Positions 1 to 7,507 of a DNA stretch of 18,927 nt are shown here, in pieces (within the stretch, counting starts at the first letter, position 1; every line of letters begins with the position of its first letter). Under the pieces are notes generated by a model. That model was not told where the DNA came from. It searched no databases and saw only the letters and a list, made by a program, of their open reading frames with translations. Origin of the DNA: a virus (taxonomy: Duplodnaviria; Heunggongvirae; Uroviricota; Caudoviricetes); IMG/VR virus record IMGVR_UViG_2585427785_000005; one strand, written 5' to 3'. Position numbers and translations under genes: made by a program.

Positions 1-171
1 TCAATAAATCCCATCATTGCGATCAACCTCATCCTTAACCATTGATGCGAGCAGTTCTTCCAGTTTCTGCGCTGACAGCTTTACCTGGTGATCTTCAGCA
101 TCTTCCCGGGCTATTGTGGTTCGCGCAGTGGCTGATTTTGCTGACATCACCACAGGGGGCAGACGGACCAT
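1..171 (-). CDS. small hypothetical protein (about 56 aa; 48 aa if started at the ATG at 147)
   Basis: ORF ending in TGA at 1-3 with in-frame ATGs at 171 and 147. The track ORF extends to a TTG at 282 that runs into repeat A and its hairpin, so that extension is doubtful. No motif recognised. Confidence 0.25.
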   Translation of the reverse strand: MVRLPPVVMSAKSATARTTIAREDAEDHQVKLSAQKLEELLASMVKDEVDRNDGIY

Positions 172-235
172 TGAACCATGGCCTCCGGAACAAATAAGGG
201 CAAAAATAACAACCACTATCGAAAGCTCACAAACT

Positions 236-385
236 AACCGCAGCACGTTCCTGCATACGACGTGTCTGCGGCATAATCCCAATGATTACTCCCTGACAGG
301 ATTTGCAGGCCACTCAATATCAGGTACAGTTGATGTATCAACACGATTCAACAATACCCGATATTTATTCCATGCCTCCAGCAAC
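236..385. repeat. direct repeat copy A (~150 bp): 3' end of a tfa gene plus downstream stem-loop
   Basis: Aligns with 1286-1435 at a constant 1050-bp offset, roughly 85-90% identical by eye. Contains an imperfect hairpin CCGCAGCACGT...ACGTGTCTGCGG at 238-272. Confidence 0.8.
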
Positions 386-555
386 GATCTTTCTTCCTCC
401 GTTGCGATTTCCAGATCTACAGCATCCTGCAGTGGCGCAATATACTCACTGAATTCCTGGATGTAGAACTGTGTGGTGACGGTCTTCCAGCCATTCGGCT
501 CCTGCTGTATCGAAGCATACCAGGCTATTTCAATATCGCTATGCTGCGGCAGCAT
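286..555 (-). pseudogene. tfa: tail fibre assembly protein (Tfa), C-terminal fragment, 5'-truncated
   Basis: C-terminus ...[39 protein letters not shown] parallels the C-terminus of the intact Tfa at 3240-3767 (...[34 protein letters not shown]). The N-terminal part is replaced by the promoter region of the opposite-strand methyltransferase. Confidence 0.7.
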
Positions 556-611
556 TTAACCCCTTGTAATTCATCGCCATAATTGATTTAATTCACAAAT
601 AAAACTATAAC

Positions 612-1280
612 ATGGTGAAATCAATGAAAAAAAACACAGATGATGGGGCTAAAATTTACACACCACTTACCCTAAAGCTTTATGACTGGTGGGTTTTGGG
701 AGTATCAAATCGGCTTGCATGGGGATGTCCTACAAAGGAACACCTTCTTCCACACTTTCTGGAACATGTAGGTAACAACCATCTGGATATTGGTGTTGGA
801 ACTGGGTTTTACCTTACTCACGTACCTGAGAGTAGTCTGATATCTTTAATGGATTTGAACGAAGCTAGCCTGAACGCGGCATCTACAAGGGCTGGGGAAT
901 CAAAAATTAAACATAAAATTAGCCATGATGTTTTTGAACCTTATCCCGCGGCGTTACATGGTCAATTTGATTCCATTTCCATGTTTTACCTTCTTCACTG
1001 CCTGCCTGGAAATATATCTACAAAAAGCTGTGTAATACGCAATGCGGCGCAGGCCTTAACTGACGATGGAACTCTATACGGAGCCACAATTCTTGGCGAT
1101 GGAGTTGTGCACAATAGCTTCGGTCAAAAACTGATGCGCATTTACAATCAGAAAGGCATCTTTTCAAACACAAAAGATTCCGAAGAAGGCTTAACACATA
1201 TACTCTCAGAGCATTTCGAGAATGTTAAAACCAAGGTTCAAGGTACTGTAGTAATGTTTTCCGCTTCAGGGAAAAAATAG
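612..1280 (+). CDS. class I SAM-dependent methyltransferase (222 aa), substrate unknown
   Basis: Intact ORF with a glycine-rich motif-I-like LDIGVGTGFY, ending TAG at 1278-1280. From memory it resembles prophage methyltransferases that sit between tfa fragments in E. coli K-12 cryptic prophages (ymfD / ybcY type); this is unverified. Confidence 0.8.
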   Translation: MVKSMKKNTDDGAKIYTPLTLKLYDWWVLGVSNRLAWGCPTKEHLLPHFLEHVGNNHLDIGVGTGFYLTHVPESSLISLMDLNEASLNAASTRAGESKIKHKISHDVFEPYPAALHGQFDSISMFYLLHCLPGNISTKSCVIRNAAQALTDDGTLYGATILGDGVVHNSFGQKLMRIYNQKGIFSNTKDSEEGLTHILSEHFENVKTKVQGTVVMFSASGKK

Positions 1281-1285
1281 CATCC

Positions 1286-1435
1286 AACCGCAGCACGTTC
1301 TTGCTTAAGACGTGCTGCGGCATAATCCCAATGATTACTCCCTGACAGGGTTCGTAGGCCACTCAATATCAGGTGCAGTTGATGTATCAACACGGTTCAG
1401 TAACACCCGATACTTTTTCTAGGCTTCCACCACCA
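1286..1435. repeat. direct repeat copy B (~150 bp): tfa 3' remnant (last ~27 codons) plus perfect 11-bp-stem hairpin
   Basis: Hairpin CCGCAGCACGT-tcttgcttaag-ACGTGCTGCGG at 1288-1320. The minus strand encodes [27 protein letters not shown], the same Tfa C-terminus as copy A. Confidence 0.8.
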
Positions 1436-1436
1436 G

Positions 1437-1685
1437 CACGACAAGATGCCGCATACAGTGAACCAGTCAGTCCAGTTTTCAGACAACCAGTGCGTCACCT
1501 TTTTGAAGGCGCTTTAAAGCACGTTTTAATCCAGGTCGGCCTGTCCTTGTTCCGCTTAATTTATCTTCAAATATTTGTTCATATCCTGCACAAACAAGAG
1601 CGTTTCGTTGCAGATCTGTATTCTGGTCATTTGTTGATACCCTTACATAGCCAATCAGCACGCTGAATCTCCCGTCCAAAAGCAC
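1437..1685 (-). pseudogene. pin: Pin/Gin/Hin-family serine DNA invertase, decayed (N-terminal ~70 codons, two in-frame stops, 3' two-thirds deleted)
   Basis: Translation VLIGYVRVSTNDQNTDLQRNALVCAGYEQIFEDKLSGTRTGRPGLKRALKRLQKGDALVV matches the invertase N-terminus including the catalytic-serine region. It is followed by TGA where Pin has Trp, then KLD, a second stop, and degraded homology LVHCMRHLVVLVVEA that fuses into repeat B. The apparent native start is a GTG at 1659-1661. Confidence 0.85.
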
Positions 1686-1715
1686 AAATCATGCCATGCA
1701 GGCCAGAAACCGCCA

Positions 1716-1741
1716 TTATCTAAAACCTCGGTTTACGAGAA
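1716..1741. repeat. gix/hix-like recombination crossover site (right)
   Basis: TTATCTAAAACCTCGGTTTACGAGAA, a 26-bp imperfect palindrome matching the Gin/Hin/Pin crossover-site pattern as I remember it. It lies just upstream of pin and is inverted relative to the site at 4797-4822. Confidence 0.8.
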
Positions 1742-2674
1742 CTCGGCACAAGCGGGGAGAAAATACCGTTACTCAGTACAGCGAATACCTGGACTAATCG
1801 ACAAACATTCAGCGGTGGCCTTTCTGGTGAACTATCCGGCAATGCTTCTACAGCTGCAAAATTAAAAACTGCCAGGAAAATAAGCAATGTGGCTTTTGAT
1901 GGTTCCTCCGATATCACATTAAAAGCAAGTCATGTTGGTGCGTTTGCCTTAGGGAAAACAGGAAGCACCGTTGCGAATGATAAAGCAGTTGGATGGAACT
2001 GGAGTAGCGGAGCCTATAACGCAACTATTAGTGGTGCATCAACGTTAATTATTCATTTTTATATGGGAGAAGGAAGTTGTCCTGCAGCTCAGTTTCGGAT
2101 TAATTATAAAAATGGCGGTATTTTTTATCGTTCAGCCCGTGATGGTTATGGTTTTGAAGCCGACTGGTCCGAATTTTACACCACCACCAGAAAACCTTCA
2201 GCAGGAGATGTTGGTGCACTGCCGTTATCTGGTGGTCAACTGAATGGTGCACTGGGTATCGGAACATCCAGTGCTCTTGGCGGTAATTCGATTGTATTGG
2301 GTGATAATGACACGGGCTTTAAACAAAATGGCGATGGTAATCTGGATGTTTATGCTAATAACGTCCATGTTATGCGCTTTGTCTCCGGAAGCATTCAAAG
2401 TAATAAAACCATAAATATTACAGGGCGTGTTAACCCCTCGGATTACGGTAACTTTGATTCCCGTTATGTGAAAGATGTTCGACTTGGTTCACAGCAATAT
2501 TATGGAGTGAACAACTGGCAAACATGGAATTTCCAGTGCCCTTCAGGTCATGTATTGTCTGGTATTAATGTTCAGGATACAGGGTCTAACTCTGCCGATA
2601 ATATAGCGGGCGTTTATTACAGACCCGTTCAAAAGTATATAAATGGCACCTGGTATAATGTAGCGAGCGTTTAA
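1724..2674 (+). CDS. silent alternative side-tail-fibre C-terminal coding segment (promoterless, expressed only after inversion)
   Basis: The reading frame is open from inside the gix-like site ([13 protein letters not shown]...) through the track ORF 1889-2674 and ends ...[18 protein letters not shown]. The expressed stf C-terminus ends ...RPLQKYISGNWYNVEQA. Shares the GGNSIxLGDNDTG motif with the active stf. Confidence 0.8.
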   Translation, partial: NLGLRELGTSGEKIPLLSTANTWTNRQTFSGGLSGELSGNASTAAKLKTARKISNVAFDGSSDITLKASHVGAFALGKTGSTVANDKAVGWNWSSGAYNATISGASTLIIHFYMGEGSCPAAQFRINYKNGGIFYRSARDGYGFEADWSEFYTTTRKPSAGDVGALPLSGGQLNGALGIGTSSALGGNSIVLGDNDTGFKQNGDGNLDVYANNVHVMRFVSGSIQSNKTINITGRVNPSDYGNFDSRYVKDVRLGSQQYYGVNNWQTWNFQCPSGHVLSGINVQDTGSNSADNIAGVYYRPVQKYINGTWYNVASV

Positions 2675-2675
2675 T

Positions 2676-3209
2676 ATGATGCACTTAAAGAACATAAAAG
2701 CGGGTAATGCTAAAACACTGGAACAGTATGAGTTAACAAAGAAACACGGAGTTATCTGGCTTTACTCTGAGGACGGAAAAAACTGGTATGAGGAAGTGAA
2801 AAACTTTCAGCCAGACACCATAAAGATTGTTTACGATGAAAATAATATTATTGTTGCCATAACCAAAGATGCCTCCACACTTAACCCTGAAGGTTATAGC
2901 GTCGTTGAGATTCCTGATATTACCGCCAACCGGCGTGCTGACGACTCAGGTAAATGGATGTTTAAAGATGGCGCAGTCATTAAACGTGTATATACCGAAG
3001 AAGAGTTGCGCCTACAGACGGAAAACCAGAAAAAAATATTATTACAGCAGGCCAGAGAAAAAACGCAGTTCTGGCAAACACAGCTTACTTTGGGGATTAT
3101 CACTGATTCAGACAGACAGCAACTGATGAACTGGATGCGATACGTGCAACAGGTTGAGACAACTGATACCTCGGTTCTTCCTGTAACATTCCCGGAACCA
3201 CCAGAATAA
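2676..3209 (+). CDS. tfa: tail fibre assembly protein, alternative copy inside the invertible segment
   Basis: 177 aa starting [38 protein letters not shown], paralogous to the Tfa at 3240-3767. Its ATG overlaps the stop of the upstream segment. Confidence 0.85.
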   Translation: MMHLKNIKAGNAKTLEQYELTKKHGVIWLYSEDGKNWYEEVKNFQPDTIKIVYDENNIIVAITKDASTLNPEGYSVVEIPDITANRRADDSGKWMFKDGAVIKRVYTEEELRLQTENQKKILLQQAREKTQFWQTQLTLGIITDSDRQQLMNWMRYVQQVETTDTSVLPVTFPEPPE

Positions 3210-3210
3210 G

Positions 3211-3234
3211 AAAAGGCCCGTACGGGCCTTAATT
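3211..3234. terminator. bidirectional intrinsic terminator between the convergent tfa genes
   Basis: Hairpin AAGGCCCG-ta-CGGGCCTT at 3213-3230, flanked by an A-run upstream and a T-rich stretch downstream. Confidence 0.55.
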
Positions 3235-3239
3235 TGTTG

Positions 3240-3767
3240 TTATTCTGGTTTCTGTGGCCATTCAGGCTTTGCAGTATCCACACGGCTGACCATAACGCTG
3301 TAGCGTTCCCATGATTCCAGTCGTGTGCGTTCCTCATCAGTTGCCATATTCAGTCTGACAGCACGTTCCAGCGGTTGAATCACAGACTCCGCTTCGGAAA
3401 GCAAAGCGGCTTTTTGTAACTCTGCCTGCTGTTGCAGTTCCTGTTTTGTATATTCCCGCTTTACTACTTTACCATCCAGAAACTTCCAGTTTCCCGAGAT
3501 ATCGGCGCGACGGTTGGCTGTTATATTCGGTAACTCAACAACACTTAACCCGTCAGGGTTAAGCATTGATACGTCTTTCTCAATACAACGAATAATCCCC
3601 TTCTGGTCATAAGCTATTTTTAAAGTATCATCCTGAAAGTTTTTTAATTCGTCATACCAGTTTTTACCGTCTTCTGTATATAGCCAGATAACGCCAGCTT
3701 TTTTCGTAAGCTGATACTGCTCAATGGTTTTGGGGTTTCCGGCGGTAATATTTTTCAGATGTTGCAT
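3240..3767 (-). CDS. tfa: tail fibre assembly protein
   Basis: 175 aa starting [30 protein letters not shown], with an AGGAGA Shine-Dalgarno sequence before the ATG at 3767. Sits immediately downstream of stf. Confidence 0.9.
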   Translation of the reverse strand: MQHLKNITAGNPKTIEQYQLTKKAGVIWLYTEDGKNWYDELKNFQDDTLKIAYDQKGIIRCIEKDVSMLNPDGLSVVELPNITANRRADISGNWKFLDGKVVKREYTKQELQQQAELQKAALLSEAESVIQPLERAVRLNMATDEERTRLESWERYSVMVSRVDTAKPEWPQKPE

Positions 3768-3782
3768 ATATTCTCCTGATGG

Positions 3783-6689
3783 CTATGCCTGTTCAACGTT
3801 ATACCAGTTACCAGAAATGTATTTTTGTAGTGGTCGTGACACCATCCAGTCATCTCCATCAACCTCACCAATAATTTGCAATCCTGTTGTCACATGACCA
3901 TTACCTGGTTCGCAAAGTCCTCCGCGATATAATGTGTCAGAACGTCTGCCTCCCAGACGCACATTTCTGATAAAAGAACTATTCAGGTAATCATTTAAGT
4001 TTGAACCCCAGCACCCACCAAATATATTTCCATCGGTGTTATAACGGACGCCACCCGCAATAAGAGCACCCGGTGAAATAAAGGATTTATCGTTCGGGTT
4101 AAAATACCATAAAGCATCATTACCTCCATCGCCACGCATATGAATACATGGAACCGGAAATCCATACTGTTCTGTCAGTAAATACCCAAAGCTGACCGCG
4201 CCGGGATAGCCCTGTCCATTGCGAATGGACAAGCCCTTAACTATCGGCACGTAATGACCACCAGGAGTGGGATTCCAGGCAAACTGCGTCTGAACAAAAG
4301 GCGCGGTGGCATTATTCAACTGGTCTGCAAATGCGCCACTTCCATCAGGAATTATTCCCTGATGAATATATGCAACCCGCTTATAAAAATCAGCAGATGC
4401 GGGTTGAAGCCCAAATGCCAGTTGTCCATTTGAATAGAATAAAAGGACACCGTCGCCGCCCTGTTTAATACCAGTGTCGTTATCTCCGAGAGTAATGGAA
4501 TTACCGCCCAGTGCGTTATCTGTACCAAGCGCCAGCCCACCATCAATTTTGGCCCCGTGGCTGACAGATATAGCACCTGTTCTCAGATTTATAGCGAATG
4601 GCCTTAATGGGCCGATATCACCGTTTTCGCCTTGTCCTTCAGCCGTCGGAATGAAATGAAGAAAATCTTCTGAACGACGGAAAATAAGACCGAAGGCATC
4701 ATTGAAAATTCGCAGCGCATTCACCGTGCCAATTTTCAGTTCTCCGGTCATTTTATCGCCGGAACGCTGAACGGCGTTACCAGCCTTGTTTACCGTTTCC
4801 TGTAAACCGAGGTATTCGATAACGGCGGCAACGGTCGATTTCGCAAGAATATCCCGCCCAACTTTTGTCAGGATTGCCAGACTGGCAACATCATTCCCCG
4901 TAAAATACGGAAACCTGTCTGCCGCAGTAGCAAGCCCGGCCAGCGCCGTCAGGGTGGCATCTTTCGGTTGCTTACCCGCAAGCGCGCTAGTCATGGTGGT
5001 CGCAAAATTCGGGTCGTTGCCCAACGCCGCAGCCAGCTCGTTCAGCGTATTCAGTGCGTCAGGCGACGAGTCCACGAGGGCAGCGATCGCAGCCATAACA
5101 TAAGCCGTGCTTGCGATTTGGGTATTATTCGTTCCCTGTCGCGCAGTTGGTGTTGTTGGCGTTCCGGTCAGTGCAGGACTATTTAAGGGCGCTTTCTTGT
5201 TCGTTTCACCCATTACCGCCTTAACCGCTTTTGGCGTTGCCGCCAGTGACTCGGAAGTGCTGTTGGTCGCACTGCTGAGCTGTACTATCCCCTTTTTCGT
5301 CGTGCTCGCATCCTCCAGCGCCACGGCGGATGCAATATCCTCTGCCCGTTTTGCTGCTGTCTCGGCGCGCGTTGCCGCGGATTCCGCCGTACTTTTGCTC
5401 TGAGCTGCCGCCGTCGCACTACCAGCTGCCTCTGATGCTTTCGTTGTTGCTGTCGTGGCACTACCTTTCGCTGCTGACGCTTGTCTGGTCGCCTCATCTT
5501 TTGAAGCAGACGCAGATGATGCCGATGACGCCGCTGAACTGGCTGACGATGCGGCTGCCGCCTTAGAGGAAGCAGCATTGTCTGCTGAAGTCTTTGCATT
5601 TGTTTCAGAGGTTTTTGCTGCAGAAGCAGACCTCGCTGCTGCAGTGGCTTGCTCAGTGGCTTTGCCAGCCTTCGTTGTGGCTGTTGAAGCGGATGATGCG
5701 GCGCTTTCTGCCGATTTTCCGGCGGCGGTGGCACTGGCTGAGGCCTGCCCGGCACTTGTTGACGCGGCACTGGCAGATAATGCAGCCGCTGTTTTTGAAC
5801 CTGCCGCAGCTGAGGCGCTCTGTCCCGCTGCTGTTTCAGAAGACTTAGCGTTCGTCTCGGACGTTTTTGCCGCCTTCGCGGAATTTCCTGCCGCCGTTGC
5901 CGAGGAAGCTGCACTACTGGCACTTGATGATGCATTCGTTTCTGAAGATTTCGCTGCCTCTTTTGAGGCCGCCGCACCCCGTGCCGAGGTGGCAGCTTCT
6001 GACGCCTTCGTGGTCGCTGTGGATGCAGAAGTGGCTGCCGATTTTTGTGATGCTGCGGCATTCGTTTCTGACGTTTTCGCGGCACTGGCGCTGGTAGCTG
6101 CCGCGCTTTTTGATGACTCTGCAGCAGCAGCACTTTTTGCTGCTTCACGGGCCTTTGTCGATGCCGTTCCTGCGCTGGAAGACGCTGACTGAGCCGACGA
6201 CGCGGCCTGTCCGGCTGACGTGCTGGCGGCACGTGCTGAGGCTGCAGCATCGGTTGCATGAGTTGCCGCCTCGCTGGCTGATGCACTGGCATCGCTGACT
6301 GATTTTTTCGCGGCTGCCGTATTCTGTGCAACCGCGGAGGCGTTACGTGACACCTCTTCTACCATCTGCTCAAAGCGGCGCAGTGCCTCCGGTCGGACAT
6401 CATCCTCCGTCATGGCACCGAGAAAATCATTCAGCGTACCTGGTCTGGAACCTTCATAGACGGTAATGGTCCCGGCATGTGAAGGCGGAAAACCTTCAAC
6501 CAGCAGGGTGACGCTGTACTGACCATGCTCAACATCCATGCTGTAACGTCCGGCTTCATCCGGATTTTCAGAGGCCACCGTGTTCACCACCACCGTGCTG
6601 CTGGTTCGTCTGGCCTTCAGCACAATGGTGCAGTTCTGTACTGGTTTTCCTGTGCCATCTTTAAGCACGCCAGAAATTTTTACTGTCAT
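3783..6689 (-). CDS. stf: side tail fibre protein (968 aa)
   Basis: N-terminus MTVKISGVLKDGTGKPVQNCTIVLKARR...GRYSMDVEHGQYSVTL is lambda Stf-like, followed by a long Ala/Ser/Thr-rich repetitive shaft. The gix-like site lies inside the coding sequence (encoding VIEYLGLQE) at the constant/variable junction. C-terminus ...QKYISGNWYNVEQA. Confidence 0.9.
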   Translation of the reverse strand: MTVKISGVLKDGTGKPVQNCTIVLKARRTSSTVVVNTVASENPDEAGRYSMDVEHGQYSVTLLVEGFPPSHAGTITVYEGSRPGTLNDFLGAMTEDDVRPEALRRFEQMVEEVSRNASAVAQNTAAAKKSVSDASASASEAATHATDAAASARAASTSAGQAASSAQSASSSAGTASTKAREAAKSAAAAESSKSAAATSASAAKTSETNAAASQKSAATSASTATTKASEAATSARGAAASKEAAKSSETNASSSASSAASSATAAGNSAKAAKTSETNAKSSETAAGQSASAAAGSKTAAALSASAASTSAGQASASATAAGKSAESAASSASTATTKAGKATEQATAAARSASAAKTSETNAKTSADNAASSKAAAASSASSAASSASSASASKDEATRQASAAKGSATTATTKASEAAGSATAAAQSKSTAESAATRAETAAKRAEDIASAVALEDASTTKKGIVQLSSATNSTSESLAATPKAVKAVMGETNKKAPLNSPALTGTPTTPTARQGTNNTQIASTAYVMAAIAALVDSSPDALNTLNELAAALGNDPNFATTMTSALAGKQPKDATLTALAGLATAADRFPYFTGNDVASLAILTKVGRDILAKSTVAAVIEYLGLQETVNKAGNAVQRSGDKMTGELKIGTVNALRIFNDAFGLIFRRSEDFLHFIPTAEGQGENGDIGPLRPFAINLRTGAISVSHGAKIDGGLALGTDNALGGNSITLGDNDTGIKQGGDGVLLFYSNGQLAFGLQPASADFYKRVAYIHQGIIPDGSGAFADQLNNATAPFVQTQFAWNPTPGGHYVPIVKGLSIRNGQGYPGAVSFGYLLTEQYGFPVPCIHMRGDGGNDALWYFNPNDKSFISPGALIAGGVRYNTDGNIFGGCWGSNLNDYLNSSFIRNVRLGGRRSDTLYRGGLCEPGNGHVTTGLQIIGEVDGDDWMVSRPLQKYISGNWYNVEQA
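4797..4822. repeat. gix/hix-like recombination crossover site (left), inside stf
   Basis: TTCCTGTAAACCGAGGTATTCGATAA. The reverse complement of the right site is TTCTCGTAAACCGAGGTTTTAGATAA, so the two are inverted repeats sharing the core AAACCGAGGT. Confidence 0.8.
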
Positions 6690-6700
6690 ACTTTTCCACC

Positions 6701-6737
6701 AATAAAAAAAGCCCGCAGCAGTGACGCCACGGGCTTC
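6701..6737 (-). terminator. intrinsic terminator downstream of lom
   Basis: On the minus strand the stem AAGCCCG/CGGGCTT is followed by TTTTTTTATT. Confidence 0.5.
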
Positions 6738-6840
6738 AGGACAGTGTAACTTTACGTTTCCTCAAACGCAGTTCACCCCATAAGGTGGATGAACCTGCGT
6801 ATCATAACAATATTTACAGAAGATAAATCGGCGTCTGTTG

Positions 6841-7440
6841 TCAGAAACGGTATCCGATACCAACAATAAATGCATCCGTTCGCCAGTCGCCACTACCGGA
6901 ACCTTCATAAGCAAGGTCAATGGTCACGGATTCGGTCGGATTAAACTGCACGCCAGCCCCCCACGCCAGAGACGTGTTGCTGTGGCGACCGTCATCACTT
7001 CCGGTCAGCACATCGTGCGTTTTCCCCTTGTTGTCAGTTACGCGGAGATAATCCCCGGAGAAAGTCGACACACGGCTGTAAGCCACACCCACCATCGCAT
7101 ACGCGCTGAACCATTCATTCACGCGTACAGACGGCCCCGCCATCACGCTGAACCAGCGGTTACGCACGGAATCTTCATGCCAGCGGGTATCGCTGTAGCG
7201 CGTTTTTTGCTCATCCTCAGCATTGGCATAACTGAAGGACGTAATCAGCCCCAGCGCGTCCGTAAACTCATAACGGTATTTCACGTTAATCCCGTTCAGA
7301 TCATCACTACCGGGAACGTTCGTCGAGGCATGGAGATACCCCGCGCTCAGCGTGGACTGATGTTCTGCTGCACTCGCTGGCGTAGCAGCGGCGACCTGCC
7401 AGACTACTGCGGACAAAATAACAGCACATAATTTACGCAT
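6841..7440 (-). CDS. lom: Lom/Ail/OmpX-family outer membrane protein
   Basis: 199 aa with a signal peptide MRKLCAVILSAVVWQVAAATPASAAE and a C-terminal ...GIGYRF beta-barrel ending. Sits between J and stf as in lambda. GAGAGGT Shine-Dalgarno sequence before the ATG. Confidence 0.85.
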   Translation of the reverse strand: MRKLCAVILSAVVWQVAAATPASAAEHQSTLSAGYLHASTNVPGSDDLNGINVKYRYEFTDALGLITSFSYANAEDEQKTRYSDTRWHEDSVRNRWFSVMAGPSVRVNEWFSAYAMVGVAYSRVSTFSGDYLRVTDNKGKTHDVLTGSDDGRHSNTSLAWGAGVQFNPTESVTIDLAYEGSGSGDWRTDAFIVGIGYRF

Positions 7441-7461
7441 AATTACCTCTCGCTTTTCTGC

Positions 7462-7488
7462 AATAAAAAAGGCGCCATTTCTGGCGCC
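7462..7488 (-). terminator. intrinsic terminator downstream of J
   Basis: Hairpin GGCGCCA-gaaa-TGGCGCC followed by TTTTTTATTG on the minus strand. Confidence 0.55.
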
Positions 7489-7507
7489 CGTATCTGGGTT
7501 ATAAAAT

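Larger units (their letters stand above)
1729..4809. other. Pin/Gin-type invertible tail-fibre segment (~3.1 kb) carrying two alternative stf C-termini and their tfa genes
   Basis: Inverted 26-bp gix-like sites at both ends. Contents and order (stf variable part, tfa, tfa', stf variable part') with the adjacent invertase gene match the Mu G / P1 C / e14 P segment layout. Confidence 0.75.

Noticed and set aside
172-282. N-terminal extension of the 1-282 track ORF
   Set aside because: Requires a TTG start and would read through the repeat A hairpin that most likely terminates the upstream tfa fragment. Internal ATG starts at 171 or 147 are more plausible.
116-466. 116-aa plus-strand ORF
   Set aside because: Antisense to the tfa fragment and the small 1-171 ORF, and spans repeat A and its hairpin.
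5285-6331. 348-aa alternative-frame ORF (R/Q/P-rich) and several other 60-250-aa ORFs on both strands between 4350 and 6300
   Set aside because: They overlap the Ala/Ser/Thr-rich repetitive shaft of stf. Repetitive GC-rich coding sequence keeps alternative frames open by chance, and none has start signals or recognisable motifs.
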